From Bryobacterales bacterium (lineage in GTDB: Bacteria > Acidobacteriota > Terriglobia > Bryobacterales > Bryobacteraceae), in contig CAVXPI010000013.1 of assembly GCA_963763615.1 (NCBI GenBank), positions 718 through 64,717 on the forward strand: a stretch of DNA of 64,000 bases. Reading direction: 5' to 3'. Under the pieces are notes generated by a model. That model saw only the letters and a program-made list of their open reading frames with translations, did no database searches and was not told the origin of the DNA. The translations under genes and the position numbers were made by a program. Below are positions 9,656 through 18,795 of this stretch, in pieces. How positions within the stretch are numbered: position 1 is the first letter of the stretch; each line of letters starts with the position of its first letter.

Positions 9656-9683
9656 AAAAAGGTCCGATATTGATTTCCGCCGT

Positions 9684-9971
9684 ATGGAAACTGGCAAGAC
9701 ACAGAAGAGTCCCCACCAGCAGACGCTGGCAGAATTACGTACGGGCCAGCGGTGTGTTCTAGATCGGCTGGATTTGCCTGAAGACCTAGCCCGACGCCTG
9801 ATGGAACTAGGTTTCTTGCCGGGGAACGAGATCGTCTTAGGCCGAAGGGCACCGGGCGGGGGGCCGCGGGTGTATCGGGTTGACGGCTCGGAAGTTGCCT
9901 TGCGCCGAGATACTGCCGCGCGCATGTATGTGCGGCGCGATCCGGAATCGGATTTGATTGTGCTCTCATGA
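9684..9971 (+). CDS. feoA: Ferrous iron transport protein A.
   Basis: It has the small SH3-like FeoA pattern LAELRTGQRCVLDRLD...LMELGFLPGNEIVL...GPRVYRVDGSEVALRRDTAARMYV. The internal ATG at 9684 was chosen. The TGA overlaps the feoB ATG. Confidence 0.8.
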   Translation: METGKTQKSPHQQTLAELRTGQRCVLDRLDLPEDLARRLMELGFLPGNEIVLGRRAPGGGPRVYRVDGSEVALRRDTAARMYVRRDPESDLIVLS

Positions 9972-11893
9972 GTAGTTGCCACGGAGACCCGCCGCGCGCT
10001 GGCCTCTTACCCAATCCGCACATTCTGCCGCCGCGGCCGCCGGGGGAGCGCCCTATTATTGTGGCGATTGTGGGCCCACCGAATTCGGGTAAATCGACCC
10101 TTTTTAATCGCTTAACCGGGTTGCGCCAAAAAGTCGCCAATTTCCCGGGCGTTACGGTGGAACACCGTATGGGGAAGGCTAAGCTGAAAGGCCACCAGGA
10201 AGTGTTTCTGGTTGACCTGCCGGGCGTGTACAGCCTGACTCCGCGGGCGGAAGACGAACAAGTGACGCACGACGTGCTCAAGGGTGAGCGTGCCGATTTT
10301 CCCAAGCCTGACGCGGTGATCTTAATTTTGGATGTCACGAATTTAGGCCGGAATCTGGTTCTGGCCGCGCCTGTCTTGAGCCTAGGCTTGCCGACGCTGA
10401 TATTGCTGAATATGGCGGACGACTTGGCGACACGCGGCGGCAAGGTCGATATTTCTTCGCTCGCTTCGGAACTGAAATCGCCTGTGGCGCTGATTAGCGC
10501 TTCTAAAGGCACGGGCATTGAAAGCATTCAGCAGTTTCTGCTTGGCACTGCCGCGCGTTTGAATGCGCCGCCTGCGCGTGTTGAGTTGCCGATTTTGCAA
10601 AGCGTGCCGGAATGCCGCAAATGGGCTGCGAATCTTGGTAAAAGGGCTTCCTACCGGCCCCCTGCGCCGCCAATTTGGACACGGCGTTTGGATGCGATTT
10701 TTCTCCATCCAGTGGCTGGCCCGCTGATCTTTGCGGCGATTCTAGTGGCCGTCTTTCAGAGCATTTTCACCTGGGCGAAGCCCATCATGGATCACTTGCA
10801 AGACGCGGTGCAGTATTCGGGCATCTGGATGAAGCATGTGCTGCCGGATTCGCCTTTGAGTTCGCTGCTGATTGATGGGATTTGGCAGGGCGTGGGGTCC
10901 GTGCTCGTATTCCTGCCGCAAATTTTGTTGCTTTTCCTGTTCATTGGCATTCTGGAAGATTCCGGCTATTTGGCGCGGGCCGCCTTGATTGCAGACCGCA
11001 CGATGGCGAAATTCGGATTGCAGGGGAAATCGTTCATACCGCTGCTTTCGGCTTACGCCTGCGCAGTGCCGGCCGTGATGGCGACACGCGTGATCGAGAA
11101 TAAGCGCGACCGCATTGCGACGATTCTGATCGCGCCGTTGATGACGTGTTCGGCGCGCCTTCCGATTTATATCCTCCTGATTGCGGCTTTCATTCCAGAC
11201 GTGAAACTGGCCGGAAACTTGCTCTCTTTGCAGACCGCCACCATGCTCGGCCTGTATCTGCTGGGTTTCGCCGCGGCGGTTGTCACGGCGCGCGTGCTGA
11301 AGTCGAGCATCTTGCGAAGCACGAACACTTCTTTTGTCTTAGAGATGCCGCCTTATCGCTGGCCTACCATGCAATCGTTATCGCTGCGTTTGCTAGATCG
11401 GGCCAAGGTCTTCCTGCGGCGCGCCGGGACGGTGATCTTGTTGGTGACGGTGCTGCTCTGGATCATTGCACATCTGCCGCTACAGGGCGGGAAAACGCCG
11501 AGCCTGGAACATAGCTACGCCGCGTCGCTGGGCAAGGCGATTGAACCGTTGATCAAACCGCTGGGCTTCAATTGGAAAATCGGTATCGGTTTGATCAGTT
11601 CGCTGATTGCGCGTGAAGTGATCGTCAGTACGCTGGGAACAATTTACGGCATTCAGGGCGACGAACATTCCCCCGGATTGCAGGCCGCGCTGCATCAGGA
11701 TCTTTCCACGGCGGGCGCAATTGCGCTGTTGATCTTCTTCGCTTTCGCTATGCAGTGTTTCTCCACGCTGGCAGTGGTAAAACGGGAAACGGGCGGTTGG
11801 TGCTGGCCGCTGTTTCAGTTCTCTTATATGCTGGTGTTGGCGTATTCGGGTTCCTGGATAGCCTTCCATATCGCCCAACACTTTCTCCGATGA
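9968..11893 (+). CDS. feoB: Ferrous iron transporter B (GTPase + permease).
   Basis: It has the P-loop GPPNSGKST and the motifs NFPGVTVE and DLPG, followed by a long polytopic membrane domain. An ATGA overlap joins it to feoA. Confidence 0.95.
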   Translation: MSSCHGDPPRAGLLPNPHILPPRPPGERPIIVAIVGPPNSGKSTLFNRLTGLRQKVANFPGVTVEHRMGKAKLKGHQEVFLVDLPGVYSLTPRAEDEQVTHDVLKGERADFPKPDAVILILDVTNLGRNLVLAAPVLSLGLPTLILLNMADDLATRGGKVDISSLASELKSPVALISASKGTGIESIQQFLLGTAARLNAPPARVELPILQSVPECRKWAANLGKRASYRPPAPPIWTRRLDAIFLHPVAGPLIFAAILVAVFQSIFTWAKPIMDHLQDAVQYSGIWMKHVLPDSPLSSLLIDGIWQGVGSVLVFLPQILLLFLFIGILEDSGYLARAALIADRTMAKFGLQGKSFIPLLSAYACAVPAVMATRVIENKRDRIATILIAPLMTCSARLPIYILLIAAFIPDVKLAGNLLSLQTATMLGLYLLGFAAAVVTARVLKSSILRSTNTSFVLEMPPYRWPTMQSLSLRLLDRAKVFLRRAGTVILLVTVLLWIIAHLPLQGGKTPSLEHSYAASLGKAIEPLIKPLGFNWKIGIGLISSLIAREVIVSTLGTIYGIQGDEHSPGLQAALHQDLSTAGAIALLIFFAFAMQCFSTLAVVKRETGGWCWPLFQFSYMLVLAYSGSWIAFHIAQHFLR

Positions 11894-12825
11894 ACACCAT
11901 TCATAACGTAGTCATTCTCGGCTCTGGCTGCGCCGGGAATACGGCAGCCATCTATAGCGCGCGCGCCAACCTGAAGCCACTCGTGCTCGAAGGCCATGAA
12001 CCGGGCGGCCAGCTTTCCATCACCACCGAAGTAGAGAATTTCCCCGGCTTTCCGGAGGGCGTCAACGGGCCGCAGCTTGTGCAAAACATGAAGCAGCAGG
12101 CCGAACGTTTTGGCGCGACCTTTGAACACGGACGAGTGGTGCGGGCCGATCTGTCGAAACGCCCGTTCACCTTGGAAATGGAGCAAGGCGGGATCATTCA
12201 AACCGATACGCTGATTGTGGCCACCGGTGCGTCTGCCCGCTGGCTTGGCCTGGAGAACGAGCAAAAGCTGATCGGCCACGGTGTGAGTTCATGCGCCACA
12301 TGCGACGGCTTCTTCTTTCGCGGCAAGAAGATCATGGTCATCGGCGGCGGCGATTCAGCGATGGAAGAGGCCAACTTTCTGAGCCGCTTCGGCAGCGAAG
12401 TCTCGCTGGTTCACCGCAAAGATACTTTTCGCGCTTCGAAAATCATGTATGACCGGGTTTTGGCCAACCCTAAAATTAAGCTCATCACGAACACCGTGGT
12501 GGAAGATATCTACGATGTCGGCAAAAACGAAGTTACTGGCGTGAAGCTGCGCAACTTGAAAACGAACGACTCGTATGACCAGCCCGTGGACGGATTTTTC
12601 GTAGCCATCGGCCACATCCCCAACACCAAGCCCTTCGCTTCGCAACTCGATCTAGACCAGGACGGCTACATCATTTCCCACGGTGGCGCCCGGACTAATA
12701 TCCAAGGCGTGTTTCACGCTGGGGATGTTCAAGACCGCACCTACCGCCAGGCGATCACTGCTTCGGGCGCCGGTTGCATGGCAGCCATTGAAGCCGAGCG
12801 TTTCTTAGAGGCCGAGGGACACTAG
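11890..12825 (+). CDS. trxB: Thioredoxin-disulfide reductase.
   Basis: It carries GSGCAGNTAAIY (FAD), the redox-active CATCDG, and GGGDSAMEEA (NADPH). ATG 11890 overlaps the feoB TGA 11891-11893. Confidence 0.95.
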   Translation: MNTIHNVVILGSGCAGNTAAIYSARANLKPLVLEGHEPGGQLSITTEVENFPGFPEGVNGPQLVQNMKQQAERFGATFEHGRVVRADLSKRPFTLEMEQGGIIQTDTLIVATGASARWLGLENEQKLIGHGVSSCATCDGFFFRGKKIMVIGGGDSAMEEANFLSRFGSEVSLVHRKDTFRASKIMYDRVLANPKIKLITNTVVEDIYDVGKNEVTGVKLRNLKTNDSYDQPVDGFFVAIGHIPNTKPFASQLDLDQDGYIISHGGARTNIQGVFHAGDVQDRTYRQAITASGAGCMAAIEAERFLEAEGH

Positions 12826-14010
12826 TTCGTCCAATTTCTCTAGAAAACTATCGATTTCTTCGCGCGTGTTGTATTGCGCCAGACTGACGCGCACGACGCC
12901 GCCCGATTCGAGCAAGCCGAGTCGCTTTACAGGTTCCCAACCATAGTTGTGGCCGTGCCAGACGTTGATTTTGTGGGCCGCCAGGGCTTTGGCCACGTCC
13001 CCAGGACTCTTGCCGCGAATCGTCAAAGCGAAGGTAGGCACGCGGCCATCATAGCCTTTGCCGTGAATCGTGACAGCTTTCATGGTACGCAAGCCGTCGA
13101 TCAAATGCCGCGTGAGCCCAGCTTCATATTCCACGATGGCGGGCATGCCTGCCGATTGCAAATATTCGACGGCACCCCATACGCCGGCTATGGCTTCGCG
13201 CGATTTGGTGCCCGTTTCGAATTTATCTGGCGAATAGGTGGGCGCGGTTCTGACTCTGTAGGGATCCAGCGTTTCGAGCACATCCAACTTCCCCCATAAG
13301 ATTCCATAATGCGGGCCGTAGAACTTATAAGCGGAACACACCAAAAAGTCGCAACCAATCGCTTGCACGTCAATCACCCCATGCGGTGCAAATTGCACGG
13401 CGTCAATGAAAACGAGAGCGCCCACCGCTTTCGCGCGAGCCGTGATGTGATGAACGTCGTTGATCGTGCCGATCACGTTGCTCGCGTAATTAACCGCGGC
13501 CAGCTTCGTGCGTGGGGTCAGGAGTCTCTCCAGTTGGTCGATATGGTAGTCGTAGGTTTCCGTGCTGAAATCGAGCCACTTGACGGTCAGTCCGCGATCT
13601 TCGGCTAGGCTCAGCCAAGGGGCGACGTTGGCGTCATGGTCCATACGGGTAAGAAGAATTTCGTCGCCCGGCTTAAGACGTCGCCCGAAGGTGCGGGCAA
13701 GGGCTAAGGTGAGGGTGGTCATGTTCTGGCCGAAAACGATTTCGCGCGGGTCGTAAGCGTGGAAAAAATCCACCAATGCGGCGCGGCTTTGGGTCACCAA
13801 AACACCCGCGCGTTGGGAAGTTTCGAAGAAACCGCCAAAATTGGCGTTGGCATCGAGCATCGCTTCATTCATGCGGTCAATGGAACGTTTGCAAATTTGG
13901 GTGCCGGCGGCGCCGTCGAAGAAGATGGTATCGGCGCTGGGCCGGTCGGCGGCGAGACTGGGGAAGGCCGTGGCGAAAGCTTCGCGCGAAGGGGCTTGAA
14001 AAGGGCTCAT
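12805..14010 (-). CDS. Class-V aminotransferase / cysteine desulfurase-like protein.
   Basis: The 401-aa ORF has DHDANVAPW, IDAVQFAPH, and SAYKFYGP (candidate PLP lysine). Its 3' end overlaps the trxB 3' end convergently. Confidence 0.8.
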   Translation of the reverse strand: MSPFQAPSREAFATAFPSLAADRPSADTIFFDGAAGTQICKRSIDRMNEAMLDANANFGGFFETSQRAGVLVTQSRAALVDFFHAYDPREIVFGQNMTTLTLALARTFGRRLKPGDEILLTRMDHDANVAPWLSLAEDRGLTVKWLDFSTETYDYHIDQLERLLTPRTKLAAVNYASNVIGTINDVHHITARAKAVGALVFIDAVQFAPHGVIDVQAIGCDFLVCSAYKFYGPHYGILWGKLDVLETLDPYRVRTAPTYSPDKFETGTKSREAIAGVWGAVEYLQSAGMPAIVEYEAGLTRHLIDGLRTMKAVTIHGKGYDGRVPTFALTIRGKSPGDVAKALAAHKINVWHGHNYGWEPVKRLGLLESGGVVRVSLAQYNTREEIDSFLEKLDELVSLGL

Positions 14011-14104
14011 CGGAGGATCGATTTGAGGCTAACAGGTTGTCCCCCAAAAAAGCCCCGGGAAAAAAATTTTGCAGTGGTCACAATTGTAGTGCTATCATCA
14101 AACC

Positions 14105-14365
14105 ATGAACATCGGTGTAAAACAAGCGAAAACAGATTTGACGAAACTCATTAACACGGCGCTGGAAGGAGAACCCGTTGTGATTACCAACCACGGCAGA
14201 CCACTCGTGCGGCTCGTGCCGGAAGGCCCGGCGGCTGCGCAGAACAAAGGCTACGGCTGTCTGAAGGGCGCCTTCGAAATTCCCGGCAACTGGGCTGAAC
14301 TAGACGCCGAAGTCGAAGCGCTGTTCGAGCACATCCAGGAATCTAAGAAAGCCAACAAGAAGTGA
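14105..14365 (+). CDS. Phd/YefM-family antitoxin.
   Basis: It reads MNIGVKQAKTDLTKLINTALEGEPVVITNHGRPLVRLVP. A GTGA overlap joins it to the downstream PIN gene. Confidence 0.85.
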   Translation: MNIGVKQAKTDLTKLINTALEGEPVVITNHGRPLVRLVPEGPAAAQNKGYGCLKGAFEIPGNWAELDAEVEALFEHIQESKKANKK

Positions 14366-14751
14366 AAGTCTTGCTGGACACACACGTCGTTCTGCGATGG
14401 CTGAACGGCGATGTGCTTCCCAAGCGTCTCGTGACGCAGGTACAGAAGGCAGACTCGTTGCTGGTGAGCATGGTGACTCCCTGGGAGTTAACGATTAAGA
14501 CTAGCCGGCACCCGGCTCTGAAACTAATCACCAGCAACCAGCTCAAGTCGGGTATGGAGCAGATGGGCGCGCGCCTCTTACATATTCAACCCGAACACAT
14601 TGAGCGCTTAGCTACGCTGCCCGAGCATCATTCCGATCCGTTCGACCGCATGATCATCGCCCAGGCGATTGAAGAAAAGATCACCTGTATATCGAGCGAT
14701 GAGCGCTTTCCGCTTTATAAACCGTCGGGCCTGAATCTGCTCTGGAAGTAG
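14362..14751 (+). CDS. PIN-domain toxin (VapC-like).
   Basis: It has the LLDTHVVLRW N-terminal acidic motif and HSDPFDRMIIAQA...ISSDERF. The size and the pairing with the Phd antitoxin fit. Confidence 0.85.
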   Translation: MKVLLDTHVVLRWLNGDVLPKRLVTQVQKADSLLVSMVTPWELTIKTSRHPALKLITSNQLKSGMEQMGARLLHIQPEHIERLATLPEHHSDPFDRMIIAQAIEEKITCISSDERFPLYKPSGLNLLWK

Positions 14752-14767
14752 GCTTTCCAGTGCTAGC

Positions 14768-15103
14768 ATGAAGGCAGTGACGCTACAACAGGCAGTCCGG
14801 CTAGCGAAACAGGCCGCCAAACACGCGAACGCCGATAGCGCGCGCCGCTTCACCACCCATGTTGTCCCCGAAGTGACCCGCCCCGCGCGCGTAGTTTGGA
14901 ATCAGGCCATTGGGTTTCTCTTCTGTGTTTTGGCCGTTCCAGCCGCGCTCAAAGGCATTCAGCTTTATGAAAACCTCGATGCCGATCCCAAAGGCGGTTT
15001 TGGCATCGTGGTTTCAGCGATCTTTGTCATAGTGATGCTTAGTTTCGGCATCTCTTCGTTTCTCAAAGCCCGCCGAATCGCTTCCCGCACCAATCGCTTT
15101 TGA
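14768..15103 (+). CDS. Small membrane protein, hypothetical.
   Basis: The 111-aa ORF has two hydrophobic segments (AIGFLFCVLAVPAAL, GIVVSAIFVIVMLSFGISSF). Confidence 0.4.
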   Translation: MKAVTLQQAVRLAKQAAKHANADSARRFTTHVVPEVTRPARVVWNQAIGFLFCVLAVPAALKGIQLYENLDADPKGGFGIVVSAIFVIVMLSFGISSFLKARRIASRTNRF

Positions 15104-15135
15104 TCTTTTCCCTGGGGTTTTGCATCTAAGGGTGC

Positions 15136-16149
15136 ATGAGCGAAATTCACGCGCTGGCGGCCACGGAGGCTTCCGGCAAATTAACTCCATTTTCATACGA
15201 CCCGGGTCCGTTAGGCGATGAACAGGTCGAAATTGAAGTCCAGTATTGCGGCGTCTGTCACTCCGATGAGTCGATGTGGACCAATGAATGGCATATGACC
15301 CGCTATCCATTTGTTCCGGGTCACGAAGCCATTGGCAAAGTCACGCAAGTAGGCGCCGCTGCAAAGTTAGTAAAGGTCGGGCAAACAGTCGGTCTCGGTT
15401 GGTTTTCAGGAAGCTGTATGTATTGCCCGTCGTGTTTGAGCGGCGATCACAACATGTGCTATACGATGGAGCAAACCGTCGTCGGCCGGCATGGAGCGTT
15501 CGCCACACATGTGCGTTGCCATTGGGTTTGGGCCACGCCGCTGCCGGAAGGGATCGATCCCGCCAAAGCAGGTCCGCTCTTTTGCGGCGGAATCACTGTT
15601 TTCAATCCGATTATGCAGTATGACGTGAAGCCAACAGATCGTGTCGCCGTTGTCGGCATCGGCGGCCTAGGCCATTTGGCTCTCCAGTTCCTCAGCAAAT
15701 GGGGTTGCCATGTTACAGCCTTCACAACGTCCGACAACAAAGCGACAGAGGCGAAAAACCTTGGCGCTCACGCCGTCGTCAACACCCGCTCGGCGGCCGA
15801 CCTCAATAAGGTAGCCCGTTCTTTCAATCTGATTCTCTCCACTGTTACGGCGAACCTCGATATGGGCCTCTACTTAAACGCTCTCGCTTTTCGGGGCCGC
15901 TTCCACACGGTGGGGGTCATTCCCGAAATGAAGGTGAACGCGTTCTCGCTGATCGCCGGACAGCGCGAAATCTCGGGCAGTCCTGCGGGCGCGCCCATCA
16001 CCGTTATGAAGATGCTCGATTTCGCTGCTCGCCACGGCGTAGCGCCCATTACCGAGGAGTTTCCCATGAGCCAGGCAAATGAGGCAATGGCGCACTTGGC
16101 GGCAGGCAAAGCTCGATACCGCATCGTTCTGAAGAACGATTTAAACTAG
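15136..16149 (+). CDS. Zn-dependent NAD(P) alcohol dehydrogenase (cinnamyl-ADH/YahK-like).
   Basis: It has GVCHSDES, PGHEAIGKV, the structural-Zn Cys cluster CMYCPSCLSGDHNMC, and the Rossmann motif VVGIGGLGH. Confidence 0.9.
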   Translation: MSEIHALAATEASGKLTPFSYDPGPLGDEQVEIEVQYCGVCHSDESMWTNEWHMTRYPFVPGHEAIGKVTQVGAAAKLVKVGQTVGLGWFSGSCMYCPSCLSGDHNMCYTMEQTVVGRHGAFATHVRCHWVWATPLPEGIDPAKAGPLFCGGITVFNPIMQYDVKPTDRVAVVGIGGLGHLALQFLSKWGCHVTAFTTSDNKATEAKNLGAHAVVNTRSAADLNKVARSFNLILSTVTANLDMGLYLNALAFRGRFHTVGVIPEMKVNAFSLIAGQREISGSPAGAPITVMKMLDFAARHGVAPITEEFPMSQANEAMAHLAAGKARYRIVLKNDLN

Positions 16150-16155
16150 CCCGAA

Positions 16156-17115
16156 TTAAGTTGCGCGCAGCAGCACTTCAATTGCTCCGCGCAACTCCTC
16201 TTCCGTCATCAGCCCTGGGTGGTAAAGCCGCACAATGCCACGCCGGTCAACCAACACGATCGTCGGCGTTGTGCTCGCTCCAAACCTTTGGAAATTGCCG
16301 CGGTCAATGGGCACGCCTTCGGTCGGAACACCCGCATAGTAATGGTCGAACACTTTCGTGATGAACGGCGTCTCTTTCGCCGGCGGCGCGTGGTCGTCGT
16401 CAGCGGTATAACCGTAGCGCCGCGTTGGCGTGACGATCACCAATCCGCGCGGTTTGAGTTCAGCGCCGAGCTTCGCTAATACCGGCGCTTCGGCCTTACA
16501 ATCGGAGCACCAATGCGCCCAGAAAAATAGCAATACAACCTTGCCTCGCCATGCCGTGGGCGTACTGGGCTTCTTCCCAATCCACTCCGTCTCTCGCAGC
16601 AACGGCATGGGCCGCCCTTGCAGCGTCATCAAATTGATGTTCTTTTCGAGGCGGTCTTCCAGCGAACTGTCATGCCATTTCACGGCTGCTTTTTGCATCA
16701 TTTGCAACGCAGCCGTGCGTTGCCCTTTCGCGAACATTGCTTCCGCCTGCACTTCATACGCGGTTCCCAGGGCGAGCGGCAGATAGGGCTCCGCATCAAT
16801 CGGCCGTGACGCCAGCGCTACTTGGGCGTTCTGCAAGATCTCCGCTGCTGTTGCGTTGGCCTTATCGATTTGCCGCGCCGCCAACTCTCCGCGCGCAGCC
16901 CAGCCCAACGCAAGCAACGCCTCAGGCGTATAGCCGTTCAAGCGCCTGTATTGCCCCGCCAGGTCCTCGGCGAGCTGCAAATCGCCGCCTTTCAACGCCT
17001 GCTGCACACGCGCCACAATAGGCGGGTTGGGCGGTTGGCCATAGGTGGGCGGAATGCTCTCTTGCGCGTCTGCCAAAACTAAGCAAAGAACAACGGCAAG
17101 CAACGGCTTTCGCAT
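16156..17115 (-). CDS. TlpA-like thiol:disulfide oxidoreductase with an N-terminal helical (TPR-like) extension.
   Basis: It has a signal-peptide-like N-terminus and VVLLFFWAHWCSDCKAEAP (CxxC). Confidence 0.8.
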   Translation of the reverse strand: MRKPLLAVVLCLVLADAQESIPPTYGQPPNPPIVARVQQALKGGDLQLAEDLAGQYRRLNGYTPEALLALGWAARGELAARQIDKANATAAEILQNAQVALASRPIDAEPYLPLALGTAYEVQAEAMFAKGQRTAALQMMQKAAVKWHDSSLEDRLEKNINLMTLQGRPMPLLRETEWIGKKPSTPTAWRGKVVLLFFWAHWCSDCKAEAPVLAKLGAELKPRGLVIVTPTRRYGYTADDDHAPPAKETPFITKVFDHYYAGVPTEGVPIDRGNFQRFGASTTPTIVLVDRRGIVRLYHPGLMTEEELRGAIEVLLRAT

Positions 17116-18002
17116 TAGCCCAGGTTCAAGCCCTTCAAATAGGTGCGGAAGACCTCGCCTAAATCATGCCGCTCCAGCGCGAATTCCACAGTCGCCTTCA
17201 AGAACCCGAGCTTATCGCCGGCGTCGTAACGCTTGCCCTCAAACTTGAGCCCGTAAATCGGCCGGTTCCGCAGCATAAATTTCAGCGCGTCCGTAAGTTG
17301 AATCTCGCCGCCACTGCCGGGTTCAATCGACTCGATGCATTGGAAGATTTCCGGCGTCAAAATATAGCGCCCAATGATCGCCAAATTCGACGGTGCGTCC
17401 GCCGGTTTGGGCTTCTCCACCATGTTTCGAATACGGAACAAACGCCCTTGCCTGCCGTTGTCCGAGACTGGCTCTGCATCCACCACGCCATAGGCCGAAA
17501 TCTGGTCTTTCGGTACCTCCATAAGCGCTAAGACCGATGCTCCGTAGTATTCATACACATCTAGCAACTGCCGGATGCACGGTGTTTCTCCCGCGATGAC
17601 GTCGTCGGACAACACCACGGCAAACGGTTCGTTCCCGACCAGTTCCTTAGCGCGAAGCACGGCGTGCCCCAAGCCGAGCGCCTCTTTTTGCCGCACGTAT
17701 GACACGTCCAGCATGTCCGAAATGCCCCTGACCATCGAAAGGAGTTCTGTCTTGTTCTTGGATTCGAGCAAATGCTCCAGCTCAAAACTGACGTCAAAAT
17801 GATCTTCAATGGACGATTTTCCTCGCCCCGTGACGATAATAATATTCTGGATTCCGGAGTGCATCGCCTCCTCAACCCCGTATTGAATCAATGGCTTATC
17901 GACAACAGGAAGCATCTCCTTAGGCTGCGCCTTGGTCGCGGGTAGGAAGCGTGTGCCTAACCCCGCCGCGGGAAATACTGCTTTTCGTACTTTAGCGATC
18001 AT
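17115..18002 (-). CDS. galU: UTP--glucose-1-phosphate uridylyltransferase.
   Basis: It reads KAVFPAAGLGTRFLPATKAQPKEMLPVVDKPLIQY and is 295 aa. Confidence 0.92.
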   Translation of the reverse strand: MIAKVRKAVFPAAGLGTRFLPATKAQPKEMLPVVDKPLIQYGVEEAMHSGIQNIIIVTGRGKSSIEDHFDVSFELEHLLESKNKTELLSMVRGISDMLDVSYVRQKEALGLGHAVLRAKELVGNEPFAVVLSDDVIAGETPCIRQLLDVYEYYGASVLALMEVPKDQISAYGVVDAEPVSDNGRQGRLFRIRNMVEKPKPADAPSNLAIIGRYILTPEIFQCIESIEPGSGGEIQLTDALKFMLRNRPIYGLKFEGKRYDAGDKLGFLKATVEFALERHDLGEVFRTYLKGLNLG

Positions 18003-18117
18003 CTAACTCGATTGTACGCGCTTGACTCTCGGAATCTGACCGCTCACTGAAGCTACGTTGGCTCTTTCGGGCTCGTGTGTTAATCCTAAAAGTTAAACTA
18101 GTAAGGAACCTCAAAAG

Positions 18118-18378
18118 ATGGCTTACGTAATCGCCGAACCCTGCATTGGAACCAAAGACGCCGCTTGTGTTGACGCTTGTCCTGTCGACTGCATCCACCC
18201 GAAAAAAGACAGCCCGAAATTCGAGGCCGAGACAATGCTCTATATCGATCCGGTAGAGTGTATTGATTGTGGTGCCTGCGTTCCCGTTTGCCCGGTTTCT
18301 GCGATTTTCGCCCTCGACGATCTGCCGGAAAAGTGGAACGATTTCGCCAAAAAGAACGCCGAGTATTTCGGACGGTAA
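18118..18378 (+). CDS. Ferredoxin (two Fe-S cluster motifs, 7Fe-type layout).
   Basis: It reads MAYVIAEPCIGTKDAACVDACPVDCIHP ... CIDCGACVPVCP. Confidence 0.9.
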   Translation: MAYVIAEPCIGTKDAACVDACPVDCIHPKKDSPKFEAETMLYIDPVECIDCGACVPVCPVSAIFALDDLPEKWNDFAKKNAEYFGR

Positions 18379-18391
18379 CCCTGAAGAAATT

Positions 18392-18751
18392 TTACTTCCG
18401 ATAAACCGCGCAGGACGTATCCGTCTCCCAAACCCGCACATACGCCAGCTTCGCCGGCTCAACCCCACTCTGAATCTCGTCGAAAATAAACTTTGCGATA
18501 TTCTCCGCCGACGGATTGATCGTATCGAACGGCTTCAGTTCGTTAATCAACTGATGATCAAGGTATTCGCTCGTCTTCCGCAAACGCTGCTTTAGGTCGG
18601 CAAAATCGAACAGCATGCCGTTCTCATCCAGCTCACCGGCCATACCCACCTGCACGCGATAATTATGGCCATGTAAGTTTTCGCACTTTCCCTTATAGTT
18701 GCGCAGGAAGTGTGCGCTCGCGAACGTGTGCTCTACAAAAATCTCAAACAT
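18392..18751 (-). CDS. queD: 6-carboxy-5,6,7,8-tetrahydropterin synthase.
   Basis: It reads FEIFVEHTFASAHFL...CENLHGHNYRVQV. The internal ATG at 18751 was chosen because the longer ORF extends to 18811 and would overlap the kinase gene. Confidence 0.85.
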   Translation of the reverse strand: MFEIFVEHTFASAHFLRNYKGKCENLHGHNYRVQVGMAGELDENGMLFDFADLKQRLRKTSEYLDHQLINELKPFDTINPSAENIAKFIFDEIQSGVEPAKLAYVRVWETDTSCAVYRK

Positions 18752-18795
18752 CGAAAAAAGTTCTGCGTATCCTCCAATTTCTTTTTGTTTCCCTA

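Noticed and set aside
9666-9678. Fur-box-like sequence GATATTGATTTCC between the putative feo promoter and the feoA ATG.
   Set aside because: By my count only about 9 of 13 positions match the GATAATGATAATC half of the classical Fur box. That is too weak to call without a position weight matrix or comparative data.
9649-10527. A 292-aa minus-strand ORF over feoA/feoB, and similar antisense ORFs over the TPR gene (8305-8946) and the cox-like genes.
   Set aside because: These are antisense shadows of well-supported genes.
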